IMG/VR virus record: IMGVR_UViG_3300032181_000503
Location: 1 to 27,516 of that record
DNA from: a virus
Lineage: Duplodnaviria > Caudoviricetes
Length of the DNA stretch: 27,516 nucleotides
Strand: one strand, 5' to 3'
Shown: piece by piece, positions 19,068-27,415 of the stretch
Layout: each line of letters opens with the position of its first letter
How positions within the stretch are numbered: the first letter of the stretch is position 1
Translations under genes and position numbers: made by a program
Notes under the pieces: model-generated
Seen by the model: the letters and a program-made list of their open reading frames with translations, nothing else
Database searches by the model: none
Told to the model about the DNA's origin: nothing

Positions 19068-22000
19068 ATGACCTTTTCGTTCGGAACTACACCAGTATAT
19101 GTAAGCGAAGGACAAACTATTCGCCTGAAGTTTAAAGCACCTTCGGCGTGGGATACGACCCAGAGTGTAACGGTTCAGATTGGTGATCAGCAAACAATCT
19201 GGTATATCTCTACAGTTCCAGAAGACTTTGCTCCTGATCCATTCCCATTTACACCATTAGATGATGCAACACCAGACGTTATGTACGTCTATGGTGATGG
19301 TACTAGAGCACAAGAAGATATTATTGAGGTTGCTGGTCTAACACCTGGATCATCTGCGAGTGTTTCTCTAGTCTCATCTTATCTTGGAACTAATATTGAT
19401 GACTATTCTGTTCGTATTCAGTTAGTACACCAAGGTGAAGCAGATTTTGGTGACTGGGTTATTCCAACTAGTAATATCTTTGTACAAAATGGTGACAGAC
19501 TTCAGTTAAGACTCAAGTCTAATGATACTGGTGGTCTAACTAGAACTGCTGACCTGACTATTGGTGCAAGAACCGAGAGATGGACGATCACATCAGCGAT
19601 TCAACCACCCAACATTCCAGAACCATTCCCTGACTTTAATGAAATTACTGGTGCTCCAGTTGATGAAGATGTTTATAGCGAGATCTTAAGAGTCACTGGT
19701 CTAAATGCACAGGCAGTGGTCAATACTGATAATAATGCTAGAATTGGTATCTCTTCTAGTAATACTTTCGTTGTAAACGATCTAGGATACAGTGTTCTAG
19801 ATGGTGTTACTTTTGTCGATTCTAGCACCAATCCAACCATTCAGAATGGTGAGTATCTACAGTTAGTATTAACCACTCCAGTAACATCAACTACTACAGT
19901 TACAAACTTGTTAAGCATTGGTGATGCTGTCGCTGGATCTAGTTGGGGTGTTACCACTGGTAGTTTCCCATCAACCACACCACAATCATTCGTATTTACA
20001 GATGAACCAAGTGCAGAAGAAGATGCACTGATTGCGTCTGATGTAAAACCAGTTGGTGGAATCACTGGACTGGGTGCTGGTGTATCTGTACCTGTAACAC
20101 TAGTATCTACAGATGGTACGGAACCAAGAGTTAAAATTTACTATGACGATGGTAGTGAGAGTTCTGTCGGAATCTTCCCTACAGATGTAAGCAACGGAGA
20201 TAGTATTCAGATCTATAACAGATCTAGTGCTACATTCAGTGGTACAGTACAAACTACGATTAAAGTTGGTACACTACAGGTTCCTACATGGTCTATCGTT
20301 ACAAATTCTGGTCCTGATACTGAAGCTGACTTCACAGCACCAGCAAGTCTTACAAATAAAGCTCCCAACAGACAGTATGTTAGTTCTGTTGTTAGTGTTT
20401 CTGGTATCAACAGAGATATTACAATCGCAGGTACAAATAATGTACTGATTTCTATTGACTTTGACGCACCAGTTGAGGGACCAAGAACATTTACACCCTC
20501 CAACAGTAGTGTCCAGTTCTATCTAACTTCTGGTGGTCTTGCAAGCACTGTGAGCACTACTATCGCTATTGGTACTGGCAACAGCAATCAATTTACTTGG
20601 AACGTTTCAACATACGCTGTTGCTCCACCAGCTCCAGAATTACTGGGAACATGGTATAGTAGGAAGAACTCTTACACATATGAAGACTCTAATGGTGATC
20701 TCCAACTACGAAATTCAAAGGATGATGGTCTCGCTATTGGTACAGTTCTTTCCATTCTTAAGCAACCAGGCGGAAGTTATGGTACAATAGATGGTGATCT
20801 AGATTCTAGATATCCTGGTTTCATTGAGTGTGATGGCAGAAGTCTTTCTAAAGATTCTTATGGAGATCTATTTGCTGTCATCGGATATACTTATGGTGGT
20901 TCTGGTGCTAACTTCAATGTTCCAGATTATAGAAACAGGAAACTCACTGGTTGTGGTGTTGTTGATGGAAATAGAGCATCTTCTGCTTTCTTACCAACAA
21001 ACAATATCAATGAACCAGGTAACATTGGAGGATGGTGGTACATTGATAAGGTAGACGTTGCTGGTGATAATCCTTATGAGCAGATCATTGGTACTGGTAA
21101 CACAGGTAACGAGAGTAACTTCTTTAACTTTGGTACAGTAAAGACCCAGTTCAACGCACCTATCGAAGCTGACATTGAGTTTTCTGTTGCTGGTACAGTA
21201 ACGGCACAGATTGGACAGTTGCAGGAGAAACTAATTGATGTTCCTGTACACACTCACCTATACGTTAGTGCCATCACTGATGATGTTGGTTCAACAGGTT
21301 TGATTCCATGGGACACTCAAGTTCTAGCTAGTCCTGGTGCCTTTGAAAACAGCACTCCACTTGGAACAACTGGTCTAGGTGCGGGTCCTTATGTTAACTA
21401 CATCGGTGGCGGCGGTACTGACGAACTATTCCGAGAGGAACCTGAAAACTGGTATAACCTATGGATTGCAGAATTAAATGCTACAGTAGGTAGAAATGAC
21501 TTCTCATCTGTTTGGGATGATATTTTATTAACTAATAAAGGAGTTAACTTTAAGGCAGAAATTCTTGAGTGGGTTGGTACTTGGCCAGCTTCACCTCTTG
21601 GTGAGGGCGATCCTGCAGCAAAAGTATCACGTACATTGTCTGCAAAAGTATGGTGGACATCACCTTTTTCCCAGCTTGATAGTGGTGACGTTGAATCTCT
21701 AGATACTCGACTCAACAATATGCAGAGATATCCAGAAGGAGTATATGGTCAAGATCGTACTGGTCAAACCGCTGTTTCTGGTGCTATTGACGTTGAAGGA
21801 AGAAGATTTAGAGTTGAAGCATATACTCCACCAGCAATTCTAGAAGATAGTGATACTACAACCTCTTCTCATAACCACTTGATGGGTCTAACTCCTGTTT
21901 TAGATCCAACCCAAGACTTTAGTTATGGCAACCAGAATGGTCCTGGTTCTTTCAAAGAAGGACTAGGTAGTTTCGGTAGTACGCTTAACGTCACTTTTGA

Positions 22001-22175
22001 TAATAATCAATTCAATGGTAATACAGCACCTGTTGGTCTTATACTAAATACTGGTACATTTGAGCTCAACCAAAACATTAAGAAACCAATTCCTAGTGTC
22101 ACTATGGAACCCAATAGACAGGTTCCTGTCATTGAGGAGTTCCACAAAGTCAAATATATAATTAAAGCATACTAA
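19068..22175 (+). CDS. Fibre protein: orphan half-repeat + four beta-sandwich repeats + tail-collar/needle domain (1,035 aa)
   Basis: Four ~110-125-aa repeats of the form D..P..F.F......V.G(L/I)......(V/I).NGD.(L/I)Q.......IG.....W.(I/V)T; collar motif AIGTVL..YPGFIECDGR..YGDLFAVIGYTYGGSGANFNVPDYR; HxH motifs (VHTH, SHNH); C-terminal KYIIKAY. Confidence 0.85.
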   Translation: MTFSFGTTPVYVSEGQTIRLKFKAPSAWDTTQSVTVQIGDQQTIWYISTVPEDFAPDPFPFTPLDDATPDVMYVYGDGTRAQEDIIEVAGLTPGSSASVSLVSSYLGTNIDDYSVRIQLVHQGEADFGDWVIPTSNIFVQNGDRLQLRLKSNDTGGLTRTADLTIGARTERWTITSAIQPPNIPEPFPDFNEITGAPVDEDVYSEILRVTGLNAQAVVNTDNNARIGISSSNTFVVNDLGYSVLDGVTFVDSSTNPTIQNGEYLQLVLTTPVTSTTTVTNLLSIGDAVAGSSWGVTTGSFPSTTPQSFVFTDEPSAEEDALIASDVKPVGGITGLGAGVSVPVTLVSTDGTEPRVKIYYDDGSESSVGIFPTDVSNGDSIQIYNRSSATFSGTVQTTIKVGTLQVPTWSIVTNSGPDTEADFTAPASLTNKAPNRQYVSSVVSVSGINRDITIAGTNNVLISIDFDAPVEGPRTFTPSNSSVQFYLTSGGLASTVSTTIAIGTGNSNQFTWNVSTYAVAPPAPELLGTWYSRKNSYTYEDSNGDLQLRNSKDDGLAIGTVLSILKQPGGSYGTIDGDLDSRYPGFIECDGRSLSKDSYGDLFAVIGYTYGGSGANFNVPDYRNRKLTGCGVVDGNRASSAFLPTNNINEPGNIGGWWYIDKVDVAGDNPYEQIIGTGNTGNESNFFNFGTVKTQFNAPIEADIEFSVAGTVTAQIGQLQEKLIDVPVHTHLYVSAITDDVGSTGLIPWDTQVLASPGAFENSTPLGTTGLGAGPYVNYIGGGGTDELFREEPENWYNLWIAELNATVGRNDFSSVWDDILLTNKGVNFKAEILEWVGTWPASPLGEGDPAAKVSRTLSAKVWWTSPFSQLDSGDVESLDTRLNNMQRYPEGVYGQDRTGQTAVSGAIDVEGRRFRVEAYTPPAILEDSDTTTSSHNHLMGLTPVLDPTQDFSYGNQNGPGSFKEGLGSFGSTLNVTFDNNQFNGNTAPVGLILNTGTFELNQNIKKPIPSVTMEPNRQVPVIEEFHKVKYIIKAY

Positions 22176-22190
22176 TATTATTTTATTGTA

Positions 22191-22874
22191 ATGGCAGAAC
22201 AAGGCATCCCTCCTTATCGTCCCCTGAAACTGATGAAGGATCCAAAAATCACCAAGTTTGATTTTACGGATTTTATTGGTGTATGGGAAAACTTCGTACC
22301 CCCTAATCTATGTGATCAACTCATTGATTATGGAGATAGAGTTCTAAATGAAGACGTGTCGTCGGTCATTGATCTAGAACTAGATGATGATGCAACAGAC
22401 GCTGATAGAGTCCCTATGGTGGGTTCTGAAATGTACGGATCTTCATATACTAGAGAAGATAAGTCTTTCATGCTAAATTATGCATCATCGAAGTTCACTA
22501 TGAACGTCAATCAGATGTTGAAATCTTGTGCTTCTCATTACTGTACGCATTATTCGACACTGAAGAAGACTAGGATGGTGTCTACTGATATCAAGTTCCA
22601 AAGAACTCCTCCTGGTGGTGGATATCATGCATGGCATTATGAGAATGGTACGTTTGAGTGCGCTGCCCGTGAATTGGTATGGATGATTTACTTGAATGAC
22701 ATCGAAGAGGGTGGCGAAACAGAATTTATGTATCAGAAACGTAGAATCAAACCTACTCAAGGCACGATGGTTATTTTCCCCGCTGGCATGACACACGTTC
22801 ATAGGGGCGGTTTTCTTCTTGGCGACAAGAATAAATACATAGTAACAGGTTGGTATATGAAAACCCATGGCTGA
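22191..22874 (+). CDS. 2OG-Fe(II) oxygenase (prolyl-4-hydroxylase-like), 227 aa
   Basis: GGYHAWHYE (HxE), MIYLNDIEEGGETEF, IFPAGMTHVHRG, KYIVTGW. Confidence 0.9.
   Translation: MAEQGIPPYRPLKLMKDPKITKFDFTDFIGVWENFVPPNLCDQLIDYGDRVLNEDVSSVIDLELDDDATDADRVPMVGSEMYGSSYTREDKSFMLNYASSKFTMNVNQMLKSCASHYCTHYSTLKKTRMVSTDIKFQRTPPGGGYHAWHYENGTFECAARELVWMIYLNDIEEGGETEFMYQKRRIKPTQGTMVIFPAGMTHVHRGGFLLGDKNKYIVTGWYMKTHG
22830..22837 (+). promoter_or_regulatory. Possible internal late promoter AATAAATA
   Basis: ATAAATA core 29 nt before ATG 22867, similar spacing to the other two late promoters. It lies inside a coding region, so a chance match is possible. Confidence 0.4.
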
Positions 22875-23817
22875 TATCGAAACAACTATTAGGAGAAGTG
22901 TTTTGGAGATTGATCTCCTGAACAGTCTTGTGATTGACGCTACTCATATTCTCGATCTACCTAATGGTACAAAGATCAATCAACCAATCAAAATCCTTCC
23001 TGATGTTATGGAAAGATTTAAGACAGAGGTTGTTGGTGACACATTTCACACGGAAGGTGATGAACTACAGCATGTTATTTTCTATAGTGATGACACTGCA
23101 ATTATCCAACGTAGAAAGTTAAAGTACGATTTTGCGACAGATTCAGCAACTGCAGTGCAGTACATCTTTAACGGTGCTACAACAGAGCAAATTCTGGCAC
23201 TAAAAGCGAGAGTGATAGATCTAATTTCTGCTTCTCGTGTTGTCAGAGAGAAACAGATCCAGAATAAGATCGTTAAAATTTCTGAAGAGCAACTATTTTA
23301 TGATGTCAAGATGAATAAGAGGCTAGAAGAAAGAAAAGCAATGCTGAAGGGTTCTGACTGGCGTGTTCTTCCTGATATTGAAGATTCTTACGAAGGTGAG
23401 AAGGAGATGTGGAAGAAGTGGAGAAAAACACTTCGAGAAATGGACGTGTTCACTGCTACATATGAGGACAATCTTGCTCTCTTCAAAGCACTTCATCATA
23501 TGAAGTGGCCAATCGATCCATCAATCTTTAGACAAGCATTTCCAGATGGTGTAGATATCGATGGCAATCCCGTTGAATATCTCGGAACAGATGATCAGTG
23601 GACAAAAAGAGACATTGACGCATCTAAAGACTATGTTGGTGATAGAATGGCTAGTGTCATTGAGTGGAGAGATAGATCGACTAATGCGAAGAGAAACGTA
23701 GCACAGTCTGTTGAGGAACTAATGAAACTGATGCGTGTTGAGGATTTCGTTGAAAATGGTATTGACTATTCTGAATTTTACGATGAGGAAGATATAAATG
23801 ATTTGGCAACTGAATGA
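22867..23817 (+). CDS. Protein with tail-fibre assembly chaperone-like domain (316 aa)
   Basis: R..MLKGSDWRVLPD....WKKWRKTLREM...WP matches the R..LL..SDW....D..W..YRQ.LRD...WP pattern of phage tail assembly chaperones. Confidence 0.65.
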   Translation: MADIETTIRRSVLEIDLLNSLVIDATHILDLPNGTKINQPIKILPDVMERFKTEVVGDTFHTEGDELQHVIFYSDDTAIIQRRKLKYDFATDSATAVQYIFNGATTEQILALKARVIDLISASRVVREKQIQNKIVKISEEQLFYDVKMNKRLEERKAMLKGSDWRVLPDIEDSYEGEKEMWKKWRKTLREMDVFTATYEDNLALFKALHHMKWPIDPSIFRQAFPDGVDIDGNPVEYLGTDDQWTKRDIDASKDYVGDRMASVIEWRDRSTNAKRNVAQSVEELMKLMRVEDFVENGIDYSEFYDEEDINDLATE

Positions 23818-24445
23818 TGTTCTAACCACTGCCCAGTGTGACAATATACTCTCTGTATACCAAGAGCATAGATTCCACTGTGGTAGTGACAGCAACCCCC
23901 GAGAGGGTGTAAAGAAGGCGAGTGTATTAGATTATGATGATGCAGATTATAGGAAATGTGTTGACTATCTCTTTACTCCAATACAAAAAGCAACAGCAGA
24001 TCACCTAATCAGGAGAGCTGGACAACCATACTTTGTTTGGTACAAGACTGGTGGGTTCTATGATTGGCACTTGGATGCATTTCCCATCTCTGGTATTGCA
24101 CCACACTATAGTATGACTATATCTCTCAATGACCCTGATGAATATGAGGGTGGAGAGTTAGTTCTTCGTGTTGGTAATGTTGAAAAAGAATTAAAACCAC
24201 CGAAAGGATCAATGGTTTTATACAATACTGGTCTGTGGCATAAAGTCAATAAAGTCACTGCAGGTGATAGAAAGGTTGCTATTGCGTGGGCGGAGAGTTA
24301 TGTCACCGAATCTACCATGAGACAGAATCTAATTGATCTTAAATTTGCAATCAATAATGTTGCGGATGATATCAGTCATGACCAGCTAGAGCAACTGGAG
24401 CAGGTGAGAATGAATTTTATTAGAGAATGTGTTGATAGACCATGA
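23798..24445 (+). CDS. PKHD-type (PiuC/YbiX-like) 2OG-Fe(II) hydroxylase, 215 aa
   Basis: YDWHLD (HxD), SMTISLNDPDEYEGGEL, WHKVNKVTAGDRKVAIAWAES, followed by a helical tail as in PKHD hydroxylases. Confidence 0.88.
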   Translation: MIWQLNDVLTTAQCDNILSVYQEHRFHCGSDSNPREGVKKASVLDYDDADYRKCVDYLFTPIQKATADHLIRRAGQPYFVWYKTGGFYDWHLDAFPISGIAPHYSMTISLNDPDEYEGGELVLRVGNVEKELKPPKGSMVLYNTGLWHKVNKVTAGDRKVAIAWAESYVTESTMRQNLIDLKFAINNVADDISHDQLEQLEQVRMNFIRECVDRP

Positions 24446-24978
24446 AATACACCATTGACGACGTTGTACAATATGATAACTTCTTTGATAAAGAAGATTT
24501 TCAAGAGATTCAGAATAAGACTGGATATGGATCTGCGTGGAACTTTGGTCACACATCATATGGAAGAGATCATCCAGAGCATCAATATTGCACACCATTC
24601 TGGAAGATTGATTTTGCTACAGATACATTCTTTAAAGATCACCTTCTAAATAAGATACAGGAGAAACTAGAGACACGATTTAAACTACAGCATGTGTATG
24701 CCAATGGGCATACTTACGGTCAAGATGGGTCAATTCACGTTGATGCACAGACTGATAACGGAAGAACACTACTGTTATATGTAAATCCTAAATGGCATCC
24801 AATGCTAGGTGGGGCAACAAACTTCTACATCAATGATGGTGAAGCACATAGTATCTTCCCTAAAGCTAATAAAGCAGTATTGTTCCCTGGTCAAGTACCA
24901 CACTGTGCTGCACCGTGTACTAGGAACTTCAAAGGATTAAGAGTCACCATCGCCTGGAAATTGTTTATCGATGATTAA
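24442..24978 (+). CDS. 2OG-Fe(II) oxygenase, 178 aa
   Basis: YANGHTYGQDGSIHVD (HxD), LLYVNPKW..GGATNF, LFPGQVPH, LRVTIAWK; ATGA overlap with the previous gene. Confidence 0.88.
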   Translation: MKYTIDDVVQYDNFFDKEDFQEIQNKTGYGSAWNFGHTSYGRDHPEHQYCTPFWKIDFATDTFFKDHLLNKIQEKLETRFKLQHVYANGHTYGQDGSIHVDAQTDNGRTLLLYVNPKWHPMLGGATNFYINDGEAHSIFPKANKAVLFPGQVPHCAAPCTRNFKGLRVTIAWKLFIDD

Positions 24979-25324
24979 CCAAAACTATCAGATCTTCAAT
25001 CTACAAGAGATTCTTGGACGCTATGCACTAGCGGCAGGCAAACCATTGGCTTTCATTAGAGTGACTGGGTGGAACAATAGCACTGATGTTGATGCTATTA
25101 ACACATCTATTGCTAGATATACATCAATTCTGGAGACAGATCTCATCGCTGACATGAAAGAGTCAGAGTATGTGATTGTAGAACTTGAGCGACTAGACCA
25201 AGGTGTCATGGAATACTTTGAAGATAACTTCCCAGAGAATCAAGCGTCTGTTGCTAATCCAGAACTCTATATCTTCTATGCATTATATAATAAAGACGGA
25301 CAACTTATCGCATCGAACGAATGA
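24971..25324 (+). CDS. Hypothetical protein (117 aa)
   Basis: ATG ORF overlapping both neighbours; no recognised motif. Confidence 0.75.
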   Translation: MINQNYQIFNLQEILGRYALAAGKPLAFIRVTGWNNSTDVDAINTSIARYTSILETDLIADMKESEYVIVELERLDQGVMEYFEDNFPENQASVANPELYIFYALYNKDGQLIASNE

Positions 25325-26322
25325 TCTTCTCCGATATCTACACAGTTAATGAAGTATACAGTGTATTGAGGCAGGAGCATCTATACACTAGTTCATCGAT
25401 GCCATGGTTGTACACATCATTGAAAGATGTGAAGTATCAACCTGCACTAGAACATAATATTCGTAACCAGTTGAATGAGATATTTGTTTTTGAATATATG
25501 CTTGGTGGTGGTACATGTCCTGCTATTAAGAATGAACAAAAACATCTTGTGGTGAATCACAATGGTGATCAGCACTTGTCTTACGAAACTGTTGTAGATC
25601 TATCTTTCAATGATTTGTATGTGCAAGGAGGCAACTTCAAGAATTTAATCAACCAGACAAATACTTCTCACTTGAGTGCTGTGTATGACAAAGCAGTGGA
25701 GGCTCTACTAACACAACATGTTAATCCACTGGCAAATAAAACCTGTCATCATGGATCACACTTTTTTGGATACCTGCATGACAGTTCTGGTATTGCCACT
25801 GCTATCAAGGTAGGGCAGTCACAACAGTGGTCTAAATCGTTTAACCCCACTGGTAATGACCTGATGGATAGACTCGTTGCACATTGCAATAGAAGTCCTG
25901 TATATCTCAAACCAGAAAAGATCTTCCATATTGATGGTAAAGAATCAGTCAGGTTGAATTGTAAGTATCCTGAAGCATTTTGGAAAGAGAGAAAGTCTAG
26001 TGCCAAAGAGGGTAGATCAAAGATAACACCTGAAATCAATTCACAAAAGATTGAGTTAACAACAGAACAAGTCTGTAGAAAACATCTGTATGGTTTATCA
26101 TCTGCAGTGGGTAACTTCTTGACAGAAGAGCAAGGACAATACATCTATAGTGTATTTCCTGACGTTCGTCAAAGAGTATATGAGGATGGAAGAGATAGAA
26201 AAGGATTCCAGAACTTCAGACTTGACTTTGAGTTTGTGTTTGAGAATAATGAATTGGTAGATATTCTATTGTTTAGGACAACACACTATCAGTTTGATGA
26301 GGTAGAGACCCTGATCCCTTGA
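25321..26322 (+). CDS. Hypothetical protein (333 aa)
   Basis: Long ORF with an ATGA overlap; no recognised motif. Confidence 0.78.
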   Translation: MIFSDIYTVNEVYSVLRQEHLYTSSSMPWLYTSLKDVKYQPALEHNIRNQLNEIFVFEYMLGGGTCPAIKNEQKHLVVNHNGDQHLSYETVVDLSFNDLYVQGGNFKNLINQTNTSHLSAVYDKAVEALLTQHVNPLANKTCHHGSHFFGYLHDSSGIATAIKVGQSQQWSKSFNPTGNDLMDRLVAHCNRSPVYLKPEKIFHIDGKESVRLNCKYPEAFWKERKSSAKEGRSKITPEINSQKIELTTEQVCRKHLYGLSSAVGNFLTEEQGQYIYSVFPDVRQRVYEDGRDRKGFQNFRLDFEFVFENNELVDILLFRTTHYQFDEVETLIP

Positions 26323-26347
26323 CAACCATGGTCAACTGCTGTATGAT
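26319..26347 (+). promoter_or_regulatory. Sigma70-type (early) promoter TTGACA-17 bp-TATGAT
   Basis: Perfect -35 (26319-26324), 17-nt spacer, -10 TATGAT (26342-26347); ATG 26374 lies just downstream. Confidence 0.8.
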
Positions 26348-26373
26348 TAGACAGTTGATCGCCCCACTACATC

Positions 26374-26670
26374 ATGCAAGGTTCTCTGCCCGATCGCAGC
26401 ACCCTGTCTGTCAAGGATGCTGCTGCTCTCGCCCCGTTCTTCGCTGCTCAACGCCCTCACGGTGCCATTCCTACCCGCCAGGAACTCCGTGCGCGTGGTC
26501 TGCAGTCTAAAAAGCGTGAAGACTCTCTCAAGAACGTCTGTGACGCTTACAATGCTGTCTACCCTGGTAGTCTTGACTTCAGTGTAGTTGAACAGGCACG
26601 CAAGCGCAAGGCAGCAGAAGCAAAGGCAGAAAAACAACGTCTCAAGGAGGCAGCATGTACGAAGAGCTAA
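26374..26670 (+). CDS. Small basic hypothetical early protein (98 aa)
   Basis: First ORF after the early promoter; K/R/A-rich helical C-terminus. Confidence 0.7.
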   Translation: MQGSLPDRSTLSVKDAAALAPFFAAQRPHGAIPTRQELRARGLQSKKREDSLKNVCDAYNAVYPGSLDFSVVEQARKRKAAEAKAEKQRLKEAACTKS

Positions 26671-26834
26671 ATTGTTTTGAGGAGGCACTTAAACACTTTG
26701 GGACTAGAGTTGAAGTTATCACTGCTATGGAGATGTCAAGGAGAATCTCTCCTGAAGATGCATATCAGATGATCAAAGACGAACTCAAAGAAGTTAAGAA
26801 GTGCCGTAAACTGTTTAATAAGGAGCAATGCTAA
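26655..26834 (+). CDS. Small cyanobacterial/cyanophage-type hypothetical protein (59 aa; not in the ORF track)
   Basis: AGGAGG at 26645-26650, then ATG 26655. Translates to MYEELNCFEEALKHFGTRVEVITAMEMSRRISPEDAYQMIKDELKEVKKCRKLFNKEQC; the stop overlaps the next ATG (TAATG). Confidence 0.8.
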   Translation: MYEELNCFEEALKHFGTRVEVITAMEMSRRISPEDAYQMIKDELKEVKKCRKLFNKEQC

Positions 26835-27070
26835 TGTCCCAATCCGAACCACGCCAACGCGACCCACAAGATCCACTCTACGATCCCAACGATAAGTGGA
26901 ATGAGTATAAAGTAGACTTTCATGCCAATGAGACACACTCACCTGATGAGTGGGATCCAAAGACTGAAGGTAAGATCGCTGATCCACAAGAACGTCACAA
27001 AGACAAAGTTTTGGATAAGTTCTGTGATGATCACCCTGGTTCTCCCATGTGTAAGGTGTTCGACGAGTAA
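26834..27070 (+). CDS. CP12-like protein (C-terminal CxxxPxxxxC motif only), 78 aa
   Basis: Ends LDKFCDDHPGSPMCKVFDE, matching the CP12 C-terminal motif (C-x8-C with a central Pro and acidic end). AGGAG at 26821-26825 favours ATG 26834 over 26828. Confidence 0.7.
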   Translation: MSQSEPRQRDPQDPLYDPNDKWNEYKVDFHANETHSPDEWDPKTEGKIADPQERHKDKVLDKFCDDHPGSPMCKVFDE

Positions 27071-27096
27071 TATATACAAACACTGACATTACAATT

Positions 27097-27276
27097 ATGG
27101 ACGATCTTAAACGACAAAAACGAATTGATGCTTTCCATTTGTTTTATGAATCTGTTCTGAAACCAGACCATGAACTTCGTCAGGCAGCACATGAGCAACT
27201 ATGCTATCATGAGTTGATGGAATGGCGTGGTGACATTATCAAGTATCTTGACGAGAGACGAAACTTTGAGCTCTGA
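27097..27276 (+). CDS. Small hypothetical protein (59 aa; not in the ORF track)
   Basis: ATG 27097 to TGA 27276: MDDLKRQKRIDAFHLFYESVLKPDHELRQAAHEQLCYHELMEWRGDIIKYLDERRNFEL; fills the gap between neighbours. Confidence 0.75.
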   Translation: MDDLKRQKRIDAFHLFYESVLKPDHELRQAAHEQLCYHELMEWRGDIIKYLDERRNFEL

Positions 27277-27415
27277 ACCACAGAATCCCACCGTGCCACT
27301 AGTGTTATCATTGGTGGCATGTTTTTTGTTTGGCATTAGCATCATTGTTGCTGGTTACTTCAAGGGTAACATGCATATTGAAACTGTCTGGCACAACCTA
27401 CACAACTTCAACTAA
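27266..27415 (+). CDS. Small single-pass membrane protein (~49 aa; start uncertain)
   Basis: Hydrophobic stretch VPLVLSLVACFLFGISIIVAGYF. TTG 27266 minimises overlap compared with the track start 27227. The stop overlaps the next ATG. Confidence 0.6.
   Translation: MSSEPQNPTVPLVLSLVACFLFGISIIVAGYFKGNMHIETVWHNLHNFN

Noticed and set aside
19028-19068. Stop-codon readthrough fusing paralog 4 to the 1,035-aa protein
   Set aside because: The 37-nt gap is out of frame, an in-frame TAA follows the TGA immediately, and no slippery site is evident.
22043-22050. ACTAAATA as a late promoter for the first oxygenase
   Set aside because: It deviates from consensus, lies inside a coding region about 140 nt from the ATG, and such AT-rich matches arise by chance.
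389-26144. Many short minus-strand and alternate-frame ORFs (60-170 aa) in the ORF track
   Set aside because: All are nested in long, motif-bearing + strand genes and have no recognisable motifs; they are shadow ORFs produced by codon bias.
26319-27089. ORFs 26319..26510 (+), 26347..26688 (-) and 26736..27089 (-)
   Set aside because: They overlap the promoter and better-supported + strand genes with RBS and coupling evidence.
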